Positions 14,201 to 29,200 of a DNA stretch of 64,000 nt are shown piece by piece. Origin of the DNA: the human T2T-CHM13v2.0 reference genome, Homo sapiens. The notes below the pieces were generated by a model. It was not told the origin of the DNA and made no database searches. It worked only from the letters and a program-made list of their open reading frames with translations. How positions within the stretch are numbered: position 1 is the first letter of the stretch; every line of letters starts with the position of its first letter. The stretch covers positions 6,784,001-6,848,000 of the forward strand of contig CP068257.2 in NCBI GenBank assembly GCA_009914755.4, given 5' to 3'. The translations under genes were made by a program, and so were the position numbers.

Positions 14201-17200
14201 TGCAATGGAGTGGAATGGAACAGAACGGAATGGAATGGAAAGAATAGATTGAATCCAAGTGGAATTGAATGGAATGAAATGGATTGGAAAGGAATGGAAT
14301 GGATTGGTATGGAAAGGAATGGATTTAACCCGAGTGGAATGTAATGGATTGGAATGGAGTGGAATGGAATGGAATGGAATCAACACGAATGGAATGGAAC
14401 GGAATGGAACGGAATGGAATGGAATGGTATGGAATGAAATAGAAAGGAACGGAATAGAATCAACCCAAGTGGAATGGAATTGAATGGAATGGAAGGGAAT
14501 CAACACGAGTGGAATTGAATGGAAAGGAATGCAATGGAATGGAATGGAATGGAATGGAATGGAATGGAATCAACCCGAGTGGAATGGAATGGAATGGAAT
14601 GCAATAGAATGGAATGGAATGGAATGGAATGGAATGGAATGGAATGGAATGGAATGGAATTCAATGGAATCAAACCGAGTGGAATGGAATGCTATGGAAT
14701 GCAATGGAATGGAGTGGAACAGAACGGAATGGAATTGAATGGAATTGACTGAATCCGAGTGGAATTGAACGGAAGGGAATGCATTGGAATGGAATGGAAA
14801 GGATTCAACCCGAGTGGAATGAAATGGAATGGAGTGGAGTGGAAAGGAATGGTATGGATTGGAATGGAATGGAATGGAATCAACACAAAGGGAATGGAAT
14901 GGAATGGAATAGAATGGAAAGGAATGGAATGGAATGGTATGGAATGCAATGTAATGGAATGGAATGGAATGAAATGGAATAAACCCGAATGTAATGGAAT
15001 GGAATGGAATGGAACGGATTGGAATGGAATGGAATGGAATGGAATGGAATGGAATGGAATGGAGTGGAATGGAATGGAAATCAGTCAAACCGAGTGGAAT
15101 GTAATGGAATGGAATGGAATGGAATGGAAAGAGTGCAAAGCAATGCTATCAAAGGGAATGAAATGCATTGGAATGGAATGGAATGGAATCACCCTGAGTG
15201 GAAAGGAATGCAGTGGAATGGAATGGAAAGGATGGAATGGAAAGGAAACTAATGGAACGGAATGGAAACAACCCGAGTGGCATGGAATGCATTGGAATGG
15301 AATGGAATGGAATGGAATGGAATGGAATACAACAAAATGGAAACAACACGAGTGAAATGGCATGGAATGGAAATGACTTGAATATAATGGAATGGATTGG
15401 AATCAACCCGATTAGAAACTAATGGAATGGAATGGAATGGAATGGAACGGAATGGAATCTACACATGTGGAATGGAAAGTAATGGAATTAAATGGATTGG
15501 AATGGAATGTAATGGAATGGAACGGAATGGAATGGAATGGAATGGAATCTACCCGAGTGGAATGGAATGGAATGGAATTTCATGGAATGAAATGGAATAG
15601 AATGGTATGGAATCAACCCGAGTGGAATGGTAAAGAATGCAATGTAATGGAACGGAATGGAATGGAATAAAATGGAATGGAATGGAATGGAAACAACCCG
15701 AGTTGAATGGAATGGAATGGAATGGAATGGAATAACCGGAGAAAAATGGAATGGAATGCAGTGTAATGGAATGGAATAGAATGGAATGGAATGGAAAGGA
15801 ATGGAATAGAATGAAATGGAAAGGAATGGAATAGAAACAACCCGAGTGGAATGGAATGGAATGGATTCCACCCGAGTGGAATGGAATGGAATGGAATGGA
15901 AAGGAATACAATGGAATGGAATGGAACCGTCCCGAGTGGAATGGAATGGTATGGAATGCAATAGAATGTAATGGAACAGAACGGAATGAAATGGAATGGA
16001 ATAGATTGAATGCGAGTGGAATTGAATGGAACGGAATGGATTGGAATGGAATGGAATGGATTGGAGTGGAATGGAATGGAATCAACACGAATGGAACGGA
16101 ATGGAATGGCATGGATTGGAAAGGAACGGAATGGAATCAACCCAAGTGGAATGGAATGGAATGGAATCCACCCGATTGGAATGAAATGGAATGGAATGGA
16201 ATGGAATGTATTGGAATCAACTCGAGTGGAATGGAATGGAATGGAATGGAATGGAATGGAATGGAATGGAATGGAACAGAATCGAATCCAATGGAATCAA
16301 CTGGAATGGAATGGAATGGAATGGAATAAATCCGGGTGGAATGGAATGGAATGTAATGGAGTGCACTGGAATTGAATGGAGTGGAATGGAATGGAATGGA
16401 ATGGAAAGGAATGGAATCAACCCGTATGGAATGGAACGGAATGGAATGGAAAGGAAGGGAATGGAATGGAATGGAACAGAATAGAATGGAATCAGCCCGA
16501 ATGGGATGGAATGGAATGGAATGGAATAGAATGGAATGGAATGGAATGGAATGGAATGGAATGGAATGGAATTCTATGGAATCAACCGTAGTGTAATGTA
16601 AATGAATGGAATATAATGGAATGGAATGGAAGGGAATGGAATCAACCCAAGTGCATTGGAATGGAATGGAATGCAACGGAATCAACCCGAGAGTAATGGA
16701 ATGGAAAGGAATGGAATGGAATGGAAAGAAATGGAATGGAATCAACCCGACAGGAATGGAATGGAATGGTATGGAATCAAACCGAGTGGAATGGAATGGA
16801 ATGGAATGGAATGGAATGGAATGGAATGGAATGGAATGGAATGGAATTTAATGGAGTGCTATGGAATCAACCCGAGTGGAATGGAATGGAATGGAATGGA
16901 ATGGAATGGAATGGAATGGAATGGGATGGAATGGAATGCAATGGAATGGAATGGAATGGAATGGAATGGAATGGAATGGAATGAACCCGAATGGAATGGA
17001 ATGGAATGGAATTGAATGGATTGCAATGGAATGGAATTGATTCAACCCGAGTGGAATGGAATGGAATCGAGTGGAGTTGAATGGAATGGAGTGGAATGGA
17101 ATGGAATGGAATGGAATGAAATAAACCCGAATGGAATGGAATGGAATGGAATGGAATGGAATGGAATGGAATGGAAAGGAATCAACCCGAGTGGAGTGGA

Positions 17201-17400
17201 ATGGAATGGAATTTCATGAAATGGAATGGAATGGAATGGTATGGAATAAACACGACTGGAATGGTATGGAATGGAACGGAATGGAATGGAATAAAATGGA
17301 ATGGAATGGAATGGAATCAACTCGAGTGAAATGGAATGGAATGAAATGGAATGGAAAGGAATGTAATCAACCGGAGTGGAGTGGAATGGAATGGAGTAGA
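8300..17400. repeat. Long-variant-specific segment (copy 2; equivalent block in copy 3 at ~23700-32800), itself built from nested diverged duplications (~10500-11300 ~ 12140-12830 ~ 15950-16600; 12830-13660 ~ 16600-17450; 11280-11520 ~ 13640-13880 ~ 17530-17790)
   Basis: Artefact ORFs 10516..10995, 12141..12821 and 15856..16329 translate to near-identical peptides (MEWNHPEWNGM[T/A]WNAIEWNGTERNEMEWNRLNASG...). So do 12826..13140 and 16606..16851 (MEYNGMEWKGMESTQVHWNGMECNGINPRVMEWK...). No exact counterpart in copies 1, 4 or 5. Confidence 0.65.
8412..8466. repeat. Example of a pure (GGAAT)11 run; dozens of similar uninterrupted runs of 8-14 pentamers occur throughout (e.g. 1005-1060, 12001-12050, 32180-32235)
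   Basis: Direct reading. Confidence 0.9.
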
Positions 17401-20400
17401 ATGGAATGGAATGGAATGGAATGGAATGGAATGGAATGGAATGGAATGCAATGGAACACAACAAAATGGAAAAAACCCGAGTGGAATGGCATGGAATGGA
17501 AAGGACTTGAATATAATGGAATGGATTGGTATCATCCCGATTAGAAATTAATGGAATGGAATGGAATGGAAAGGAATGGAATGGAATGGAACCTACACAA
17601 GTGGAATGGAATGAAATGGAAATAAATGGAATGGAATAGAATGGAAAGGAATGGAACGGAATGGAATGGAATGGAATGGAATCTACACGAGTGGAATGGA
17701 ATGGAATGGAATTTAATGGAATGGAATGGAATAGAATGGTATGGAATCAACCCGAGTGGAATGGTAAAGAATGCAATGTAATGGAACGGAATGGAATGGA
17801 ATAAAATGGAATGGAATGGAATGGAAACAACCCGAGTTGAATGGAATGGAATGGAATAACCGGAGAGGAATGGAATGGAATGCAGGGTAATGGAATGGAA
17901 TAGAATGGAATGGAATGGAATGGAATAGAATGAAATGGAAAGGAATGGAATAGAAACAACCCGAGTGGAATGGAATGGAATGGAATCCACCCGAGTGGAA
18001 TGGAATGCAATGGAATTGAACGGAATATAATGGAATTGAATAGAATCATCCTGAGTGGAATGGAATGGTATCTAATGCAATGGAGTGGAATGGAACAGAA
18101 CTGAATGGGATGGAAAGAATAGATTGAATCCAAGTGGAATTGAATGGAATGAAATGGATTCGAAAGGAATGGAATGGATTGGAATGGATTGGAATGGAAA
18201 GGAATGGATTCAACCCGAGTGGAATGTAATGGATTGGAATGGAGTGGAATGGAATGGAATGGAATCAACACGAATGGAATGGAACGGAATGGAATGGAAT
18301 GGTATGGAATGAAATAGAAAGGAACGGAATAGAATCAACCAAAGTGGAATGGAATGGAATGGAATGGAAGGGAATCAACACGAGTGGAATTGAATGGAAA
18401 GGAATGCAATGGAATGGAATGGAATGGAATGGAATGGAATGGAATGGAATTCAATGGAATCAACCCGAGTGGAATGGAATGCTATGGAATGCAATGGAAT
18501 GGAGTGGAACAGAACGGAATGGAATTGCATGGAATTGATTGAATCCGAGTGGAATTGAACGGAAGGGAATGCATTGGAATGGAATGGAAAGGATTCAACC
18601 CGAGTGGAATGTAATGGAATGGAGTGGAGTGGAATGGAATGGTATGGATTGGAATGGAATGGAATGGAATGGAATCAACACAAAGGGAATGGAATGGAAT
18701 GGAATAGAATGGAAAGGAATGGAATGGAATGGTATGGAATGTAATGTAATGGAATGGAATGGAATGAAATGGAATCAACCGGAATGGAATGGAATGGAAT
18801 GGAATGGAAATGAATCAAACCGAGTGGAATGGAATGGAATGGAATGGAAACAATGCCATGCAATGGTATCAACGGGAATGGAATGCATTGGAATGGAATG
18901 GAATGGAATCACCCTGAGTGGATAGGAAAGGAATGGAAGGGAATGGAAAGGAATGGAATGGAATGGAAACTAATGGAAGGGAATGGAAACAACCCGAGTG
19001 GAATGGAATGGAATGGAATGGAATGGAATGGAATGGAATGGAATGGAATACAACAAAATGGAAACAACCCGAGTGGAATGGCATGGAATGGAAAGGACTT
19101 GAATATAATGGAATGGATTGGAATCAACCCGATTAGAAACTAATGGAATGGAATGGAATGGAATGGAATGGAATGGAATGGAATGGATTGGAATTTACCC
19201 GAATGGAATGGAATGTAATGAAATTAAATGGAATGGAAAGGAATGGAAAGGAATGGAATGGAATCTACACGAGTGGAATGGAATTGAATTGAATTTAATG
19301 GAATTGAACGGAATACAATGATATGGAATCAACCCGTGTGGAATGGTATAGAATGTAATGTAATGGAATGGAATGGAATAAAATGGAATGGACTGGAATG
19401 GAAACAAAACGAGTGGAACGGAATGGAATAACCTGAGAGGAATGGAATGGAATGGAGTGGCATGGAATGGAATAGAATGGAATGGAATGGAATGGAATAG
19501 AATGAAATTGAAAGGAATGGAATGGAAACAACCCGTGTGGAATGGAATGGAAAGGAATCAACCTGAAGGGTATGGAATGGAATGGAATGGAATGGAATGG
19601 AATGGAATGGAATGGAATGGAATCAACCAGAGTGGAATGCAATGGAATGAAATGGAATTGAAATGAATGGAATGGAACGGAATGGAACGGAACGGAATTG
19701 AATCGAATGGAATCAACCCAAATTGAAAGGAATGGAATGGAATGGACTGGAATGGAATGGAATGGAATGGAATGGAATGGATTGGAATGGATTCAACACA
19801 AATGGAATGGAATGGAACGGAATGGAATAGAATGGAAAGGAGTGGAATGCAATTGAATGGAATGAAATGGAATAAACCCGAATGGAATGGAATGGAATGG
19901 AATGGAATTGAGTGGAATGGAATAAACACCAGTGGAATGAAATGGAATGGAATGGAATGGAATGAAATCAACACGAGTAGAACGGAACGGAATGGAATGG
20001 AATGGAAAGGAATGGAATCAACTGGAATGGAATGAAATGGAATGGAATGGAGTGGAATGTAATGGAATGCAATGGAATCAACAAGAGTGAAATGCAAAGG
20101 AATGGAATGGAATGGAATAGAATGGAATGGAATGGAATACAACAAAATGGAAAGAACTCGAGTGGAATGGCAAGGAATGGAAAGGACTTGAATAAAATGG
20201 AATGGATTGGAATCAACCCGATTAGAAACTAGTGGAAAGGAATGGAATGGAATGGAATCTGCCCGAGTGGAATGGAATGGAATGGAATTGAATGGAATGG
20301 AATGGAGTGGAATAGAATAGAATGGAATGGAATGGAACGGAATGGAAGGGAATTGAATGGAATAGAATGGAATCGAATCTACCCGAGTGGAATGGAATGG

Positions 20401-23282
20401 AAAGGAATTTAATGGAATGGAAAGGAATGGAATGGAATGGAATGGAATGGAATGGAATGGAATGGAATGGAATAAACACCAGTGGAATGAAATGGAATGG
20501 AATGGAATGGAATGCAATGGAATGGAATGGAATGGAGTGGAATGGAATAAACACCAGTGGAATGAAATGGAATGGAATGGAATGGAATGCAATGGAATGG
20601 AATGGAATGGAATGGAATGGAATGGAAACTACTGGAATGGAATGGAAACAACCCGAGTGGAATGGAATGCAATGGAATGGAATGGAATGGAATGACACGG
20701 AATGGAATGGAATGGACTGGAATGGAATTTAAAGGAATGGAATGGAATCAACCCGACTGGAATGGAATGGAATGTAAAGCAGTGAATGGAATGTAATGGA
20801 ATGAAATGGAATGGAATGGAATGGTATGCAATGCAGTGGAATGGATTTGAATGGAATGGAATGGAACGGAACGGAACGGAATGGAATGGAATGGAATGGA
20901 ATGGAATGGAATGGACACCAATGGAATGGAATGGAATTGAATGGAATGGAATGGAATGGATTGGAATGGATGGGAATGGAATGGAACGGAATTAACCGGA
21001 GTGGAATGCAATGGAATGGAATGGAGTGGAATGGAATCAACCCGAGTGGAATGGAATGGAATGGAATGGAATGGAATGGAATGGAATGGAATGGAATGGA
21101 ATGGAATGGAATCAACACGAATGGACTGGAACGAAATGGAATGGAATGGATTGGAATGGAATGGAATGGAATGGAATGGAATGGAATGGAATGGAATAGT
21201 ATGGTATGGAATGAAATGGAAAGAAACAGAATGGAATCAACCCAAGTGGAGTGGAATAGAATGGAATGGAAGGGAATCAATACGAGTCAAATGGAATGGA
21301 GTGGAATGCTATGGAATGGAATGGAATGAAATGAAATGGAATGTAATGGAATGGAATGGAATTCAAGGGAATCAATCCGAGTGGAATGGAATGGTATGGA
21401 ATGCAATGGAATGGAGTGGAACAGAACGGAATGGAATGGAATGGAATTGATTGAATCCGAATGGAATTGAATGGAAGGGAATGCATTGGAATGGAATAGA
21501 AAGGATTCAACCCGAGTGGAAAGTAATGGATTGGAATGGAATGGAAAGGAATGGAATGGAATCAACACAAATGGAATGGAATGGAATGGAAAGGAATGGA
21601 TTGCAATGGAATGGAATGGAATGGAATGGAATGGAATGGAATGGAAATGAAAGGAATGGAATGCAATGGAATGGAATGGAATGCAATGGAATGGAATGGA
21701 ATGCAATGGAATGGAATGGAATGAAATGAAATAAACCCGAATGGAATGGAATGGAATGGAATGCAATGCCATGGAATGGAATGGAATGGAGTGGAATGGA
21801 ATAAACAGAAGTGGAATGAATTGGAATGGAATGAAATGGAATGGAATGGAATGGAATGGACTGGAATGAAATAAACCCGAGTAGAATGGAACGGAATGGA
21901 TTGGAATGGAAAGGAATTGAATAAACTGGAATGGAATGAAATGGAATGGAAGGGAGTGGAATGGAATGGAATACAATGGAATCAACACGAGTGGAATGCA
22001 ATGCAACGGAAGGGAAAGGAATGGAATGGAACGGAACCAACCCGAGTGGAGTGGAATAAAGTGGAATGGAATGGAGTATGATCAACCTGAGTGGAACGGA
22101 ATGCAATGGAATGGAATGGAATGGAATGGTTTCAACCAGAGTGGAATGGAATGGAATGGAATGGAACGGAATGGAATGCAATGGAGTCAACACGAATGGA
22201 CTGGAACGTAATGGAATGGAATGGAATGGAATGGTATGGTTTGGAATGAAATGGAAAGGAACGGAATGGAATCAACCCAAGTGGAGTGGAATAGAATGGA
22301 ATGGAAGGGAATGAAGACGAGTCAAATGGAATGGAATGGAATGCAATGGAAAGGAATGGAATGCAATGAAATGGAATGGAATGGAATGGAATGGAATGCA
22401 ATGGAATGGAATGGAATTCAGTGAAATGGAATGGAAAAGAATGGAATGGAATAGAATGGAATCTACTGTAATGGAATGGAAACAACCTGAGTGGAATGGA
22501 ATGCAATGGAATGGAATGGAATGGAATGGAATGGAATGGAATGGAAAGGAACGGAATGTAAAGGAATGGAATGGAATCAACCCGACTGGAATGGAATGGA
22601 ATGGAAAGGAATGAATGGAATGGAATGGAATGGAATGGAATGGAATGGAATGGAATGGAATGGAATTGTATGGAATACAATGATATGGAATTGAATGGAA
22701 TGGAACGGAATGGAACGGAATGGAATGGAATGGACCCCAATGGAATGGAATGGAATGGAATGGATTGGAATGGAATGGAACGGAATTAACCCGAGTGGAA
22801 TGGAATGGAATGGAATGGAGTGGAATGGAATGGAATGGAATGGAATGGAATGGAATGGAAAGGAATCAACCCGAGTGGAATGCAATGAAATGGAATGCAA
22901 TGGAATGGAATGGTATGGAATCAACCCTAGTGAAATGGTATGGAATGGAATGGAATGGAACAGAATGGAATGGAATCATCCCGAATGGAATGGAAAGGAA
23001 TGGAGAGGAATGGTACGGTATGGAATGGAATGGAAAGGAATCAACCCGAAGGTTATGGAATGGAATGCAATGGAATGGAATGGAATCAACCCGAGTGGAA
23101 TGCAATCGAATAAAATGGAATGGAATGAAACGGAAAGGAACGGAATGGAACGGAATTGAAAGGAATGGAATCAAACCGAGTGGAAAGGAATGGAATGGAA
23201 TGAAATGCAATGGTGTGGAATGGAATGGAAAGGAATAACATGCAATCGACTTTAGTGGAATGGTATGGAATGGAATAATATG

Positions 23283-26200
23283 CAATCAACTTTGGTGGAA
23301 TGGTATAGAATGGAATGGAATGGAAAGGAATCAACCTGAAGGGTATGGAATGGAATGGAATGGAATGGAATGGAATGGAATTGAATTGAATGGAATGGAA
23401 TGGAATGGAATCAACCAGAGGGGAATGCAATGAAATGAAATGGAATGGAATGGAACGGAAAGCAATGGAACGGAACGGAATTGAATGGAATGGAATGAAC
23501 CCGAGTGGAAAGGAATGGAATGGAATGGAATGGAATGGAATGGAATAACATGCAATCAACTTTGGTGGAATGGTATGGAATGGAATGGAATGGAATGGAA
23601 TCGAATGGAATGGAATCAACCCGAGTGGAATGCAATGGAATGAAAAGGAATGGAATGGAACGGAACGGAACGGAACGGAACGGAATGGAATGGAATGGAA
23701 TCAACCCGAGGGGAAAAGAATGGAATGGAATGGAATGGAATGGAATGGAATGGAATGGAATGGAATGGAATAAAAGGGCATGGAATGGAATGGAATCATC
23801 CCGAGGGGAATGGAATGGAATGGAATGGAATGGAATGGAATGGAATGGAATGGAATGGAATGGAATCAACCTGAGTTGAACGGAATGGAATGGAATGGAA
23901 TGGAATGGAATGGAATGGTATCAACCAGAGTGGAATGGAATGGAATTGAATGGAATGGAACGGAATGGAATGCAATGGAATCAACTGGAATGGAATGGAA
24001 TTGAATGAAATGGAATGGAATCAACCTCAGTCAAATAGAATGGAATGGAATGGAATGGAATGGAATGGAATGGAATGGAATGGAATGGAATGGAAGGGAA
24101 AGGAACGGAATGGAATCAACCCGAGTGGAATGGAATGGAATGGAATGGAATCCACCCGAGTGGAATGGAATGGAATGGAATGCAATGGAATTGAACGGAA
24201 TATAATGGAATTAAATGGAATCATCCCGTGTGGAACAGATTGGTATCTAATGCAATGGAATGGAATGGAACAGAACGGAATGGAATGGAAGAATAGATTG
24301 AATCCAATTGGAATTGAATGGAATGGAATGGATTGGAAAGGAATGGAATGGATTGCAATGGATTGGAATGGAAAGGAATGGATTCAGCCCGAGTGGAATG
24401 TAATGGATTGGAATGGAATGGAATGGAATGGAATGGAATGGAATGGTATGGAATGAAATGGAAAGGAACGGAACAGAATCAACACAAGTGGAATGGAATG
24501 GAAAGGAATGCAATTGAATGGAATGGAATGGAATGGAATGGAATGGAATGGAATGGAATGGAATCAACCCGAGTGGAGTAGAATGGAATGGAATGGAATG
24601 AACCGCAGTGGAATGGAATGGAATGGAATGCAATAGAATGGAATGGAATGGAAAGGAATGGAATTCAATGGAATCAACCCGAGTGGAATGGAATGGTATG
24701 GAATGCAATGGAATGGAGTGGAACAGAACGGAATGGAATGGAATGGAAATGATTGAATCTGAGTGGAATTGAATGGAAGGGAAAGCATTGGAAAGGAATG
24801 GAAAGGATTCAACCCGAGTGGAATGTAATGGATTGGAATGGAGTGGAATGTAATGGAATGGATTGGAATGGAATGGAATCAACACAAATGGAAAGGAATG
24901 GAATGGAATGGAATAGAATGGAAAGGAATGGAATGCAATGGAATGGAATGGAATGGAATGAAATGGAATAAACCCGAATGGAATGGAATGGAATGGAATG
25001 GAATGGAATGAATTGGAATAAACCCGAGTGGAATGGAATGGAATGGAATGGAAAGGAATGGAATGGAGTGGAATGGAATGGACTGGAATGGAATGCAAAG
25101 TAATGGAATGGAACCAACCCGACTGGAATGGAATGGAATGGAATGGAAAGGAATGAATGGAATGGAATGGAATGGAATGGTATGGAATGCAATCGGATGG
25201 AATTCAATGGAATGGAACACAATGGAATGGAATGGAATGGAATGGGCCCCAATGGAATGTAATGTAATGGAATGGATTGGAATGGAATGGAATGGAATTA
25301 ACCCGAGTGGAATGGAATGTAATGGAATGGAATGGAATGGAATCAACCCGAGTGGAAAGGAATGGCATGCAATCGAATGGAATGGAATGGAATCAATCCA
25401 AGAGGAATGGAATGGAATGAAATGGAAAGCAATGGAATGGAATGGAATGGAATGGAATGGAATGGAATGGAATGGAATGGAATGGAATCAACCCGAGTGG
25501 AAAGGAATGGCATGCAATCGAATGGAATGGAATGGAATGGAATCAATCCAAGAGGAATGGAATGGAATGGAATGGAATGCAATGGAATGGAATGGAATGG
25601 AATGGAATGGAATGGAATGGAAATGAATCAAACCGAGTGGAATGTAATGTAATGTAATGGAATGGAATGGAATTTAAACAATGCAATGCAATGGTATCAA
25701 CTGGAATGGAATGCATTGGAATCGAATGGAATGGAATCACCCAGAGTTTAAAGGAATGGAATGGAATGGAATGGAATGGAATGGAATGGAATGGAAAGGA
25801 ATGGAATGGAATGGAAACTACAGGAACCGAAAAGAAAGAACCCGAGTGGAATGGAATGCAATGCAATGGAAAGGAATGGAATGGAATGGAATGGAACGGA
25901 ATAAAATGGAATGGAATGGAATCATCCCGAGTGGAATGGAATGACATGGAATGCAATAGAATGGAATGGAACAGAACGGAATGAAATGGAATGGAATAGA
26001 TTGAATGCGAGTGGAAATGAATGGAACGGAATGGATTGGAATGGAATGGAATGGATTGAAGTGGAATGGAATGGAATCAACACGAATGGAATGGAACGGA
26101 ATGGCAGGGATTGGAAAGGAACGGAATGGAATCAACCCGAGTGGAATGGAATGGAATGGAATCCACCCGATTGGAATGAAATGGAATGCAATGTAATGGA

Positions 26201-29200
26201 ATGCATTGGAATCAACTCGAGTGGAATGGAATGGAATGGAATGGAATGGAATGGAATGGAATGGAAGAGAATCGAATCCAATGGAATCAACTGGAATGGA
26301 ATGGAATGGAATGGAATGGAATGGAATGGAATGGAATGGAATCAATCCGGGTGGAATGGAATGGAATGGAATGGAGTGCACTGGAATTAAATGGAGTGGA
26401 ATGGAATGGAATGGAATCAACCCGTATGGAATGGAACGGAATGGAATGGAAAGGAATGGAATGGAATGGAATGGAATGGAATGGAATGGAACAGAATAGA
26501 ATGGAATCAGCCCAAATGGGATGGAATGGAATGGAATGGAATGGAATGGAATGGAATGGAATGGAATGGAATGGAATGGAATGGAATACAACAAAATGGA
26601 AACAACCCGTGTGGAATGGCATGGAATGGAAAGGACTTGAATATAATGGAATGGATTGGTATCAACCCGATTAGAAATTAATGGAATGGAATGTAATAGA
26701 ATTAAATGGAATGGAATAGAAAGGAATGGAATGGAACGGAATGGAATGGAATGGAATGCAATGGAATCTACACGAGTGGAATGGAATGGAATGGAATTTA
26801 ATTGAATGGAATGGAATAGAATGGTATGGAATCAACCGGAGTGGAATGGTAAAGAATGCAATGTACTGGAACGGAATGGAATGGAATAAAATGGATTGGA
26901 ATGGAAAGGAAACAACCCGAGTTGAATGGAATGGAATGGAATGGAATGGAATGGAATGGAATGGAATGGAATGGAATCAACCCGAGTGGAGTAGAATGGA
27001 ATGGAATGGAATGGAATGAACCGCAGTGGAATGGAATGGAATGGAATGCAATAGAATGGAATGGAATGGAATGGAATGGAATTCAATGGAATCACCCAGA
27101 GTGGAGTGGAATGGTATGGAATGCAATGGAATGGAGTGGAACAGAACGGAATGGAATGGAATGGAAATGATTGAATCTGAGTGGAATTGAATGGAAGAGA
27201 AAGCATTGGAAAGGAATGGAAAGGATTCAACCCGAATGGAATGGAATGGATTGGAATGGAGTGGAATGGAATGGAATGGAATGGAATGGAATCAACACAA
27301 ATGGAATGGAATGGAATGGAAGGGAATGGAATGCAATGGAATGGAATGGAATGGAATGGAATTAAATGGAATAAACCGGAATGTAATGTAATGGAATGGA
27401 ATGGAATGGAATGGAATGGAATGGAATGGAATGGAATGGAAACTACTGGAACCGAATGGAAAGAACCCGAGTGGAATGGAATGGAATGGAATGGAATGGA
27501 ATGGAATGGAATGGAACGGAATAAAATGGAATGGAATGGAATCATCCCGAGTGGAATGGAATGGCATGGAATGCAATAGAATGGAATGGAACAGAACGGA
27601 ATGAAATGGAATGGAATAGATTGAATGCGAGTGGAATTGAATGGAACGGAATGGATTGGAACGGAATGGAATGGATTGAAGTGGAATGGAATGGAATCAA
27701 CACGAATGGAATGGAACGGAATGGCAGGGATTGGAAAGGAACGGAATGGAATCAACCCGAGTGGAATGGAATGGAATGGAATCCACCCGATTGGAATGAA
27801 ATGGAATGGAATGTAATGGAATGCATTGGAATCAACTCGAGTGGAATGGAATGGAATGGAATGGAATGGAATGGAACAGAAATGAATCCAATGGAATCAA
27901 CTGGAATGGAATGGAATGGAATGGAATGGAATGGAATGGAATGGAATGGAATCAATCCGGGTGGAATGGAATGGAATGGAATGGAGTGCACTGGAATTGA
28001 ATGGAGTGGAATGGAATGGAATGGAATCAACCCGTATGGAATGGAACGGAATGGAATGGAAAGGAATGGAATGGAATGGAATGGAATGGAACAGAATAGA
28101 ATGGAATCAGCCCAAATGGGATGGAATGGAATGGAATGGAATGGAATGGAATGGAATGGAATGGAATGGAATGGAATGGAATGGAATTCTATGGAATCAA
28201 CCGTAGTGTAATGTAAATGAATGGAATATAATGGAATGGAATGGAAGGGAATGGAATCAACCCAAGTGCATTGGAATGGAATGGAATGCAACGGAATCAA
28301 CCCGAGAGTAATGGAATGGAAAGCAATTGAATGGAATGGAAAGGAATGGAATGGAATCAACCCGACAGGAATGGAATGGAATGGTATGGAATCAAACCGA
28401 GTGGAATGGAATGGAATGGAATGGAAAGGAATGCAATGGAATGGAATGGAAAGGAATGGAATGGAATGGAATGGAAAGAACCCGAATGGAAAGGAATGGA
28501 ATGGAATTGAATGGATTGGAATGGAATGGAATTGAATCAACCCGAGTGGAATGGAATGGAATCGAGTGGAGTTGAATGGAATGGAATGGAATGGAATAAA
28601 ATAAACCCGAATGGAATGGAATGGAATGGAATGGAATGGAATGGAATGGAAAGGAATCAACCTGAGTGGAGTGGAATGGAATGGAATTTCATGAAATGGA
28701 ATGGAATGGAATGGTATGGAATAAACACGAGTGGAATGTTATGGAATGCAAAGGAATGGAACGGAATGGAATGGAATAAAATGGAATGGAATGGAATGGA
28801 ATCAACTCGAGTGAAATGGAATGGAATGAAATGGAATGGAAAGGAATGAAATCAACCGGAGTGCAGTGGAATGGAATGGAGTGGAATGGAATGGAATGGA
28901 ATGGAATGGAATGGAATGGAATGGAATGGAATGGCATGGAATGGAATGCAATGGAATACAACAAAATGGAAACAACCCGTGTGGAATGGCATGGAATGGA
29001 AAGGACTTGAATATAATGGAATGGATTGGTATCAACCCGATTAGAAATTAATGGAATGGAATGTAATAGAATTAAATGGAATGGAATAGAATGGAATGGA
29101 ACGGAACGGAATGGAATGGAATGGAATGGAATGGAATGGAATGGAATGGAATGGAATGGAATCTACACGAGTGGAATGGAATGGAATGGAATTTAATGGA

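Larger units (their letters stand above)
7889..23282. repeat. HOR copy 2, long (~15.4 kb) variant. It is made of a head (~7889-8300), a long-variant-specific segment (~8300-17400) and a shared tail (~17400-23282)
   Basis: Marker CAATCAACTTTGGTGGAATGGTATAGAATGG lies at 7889 and again at 23283 (spacing 15394). The long-specific block is exemplified by the 283-aa artefact ORF 8852..9703, which recurs identically at 24247..25098 and nowhere in the short copies. The tail aligns to copy 1 at offset ~15.5 kb (e.g. 2227..2751 vs 17747..18271, identical translations). Confidence 0.8.
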
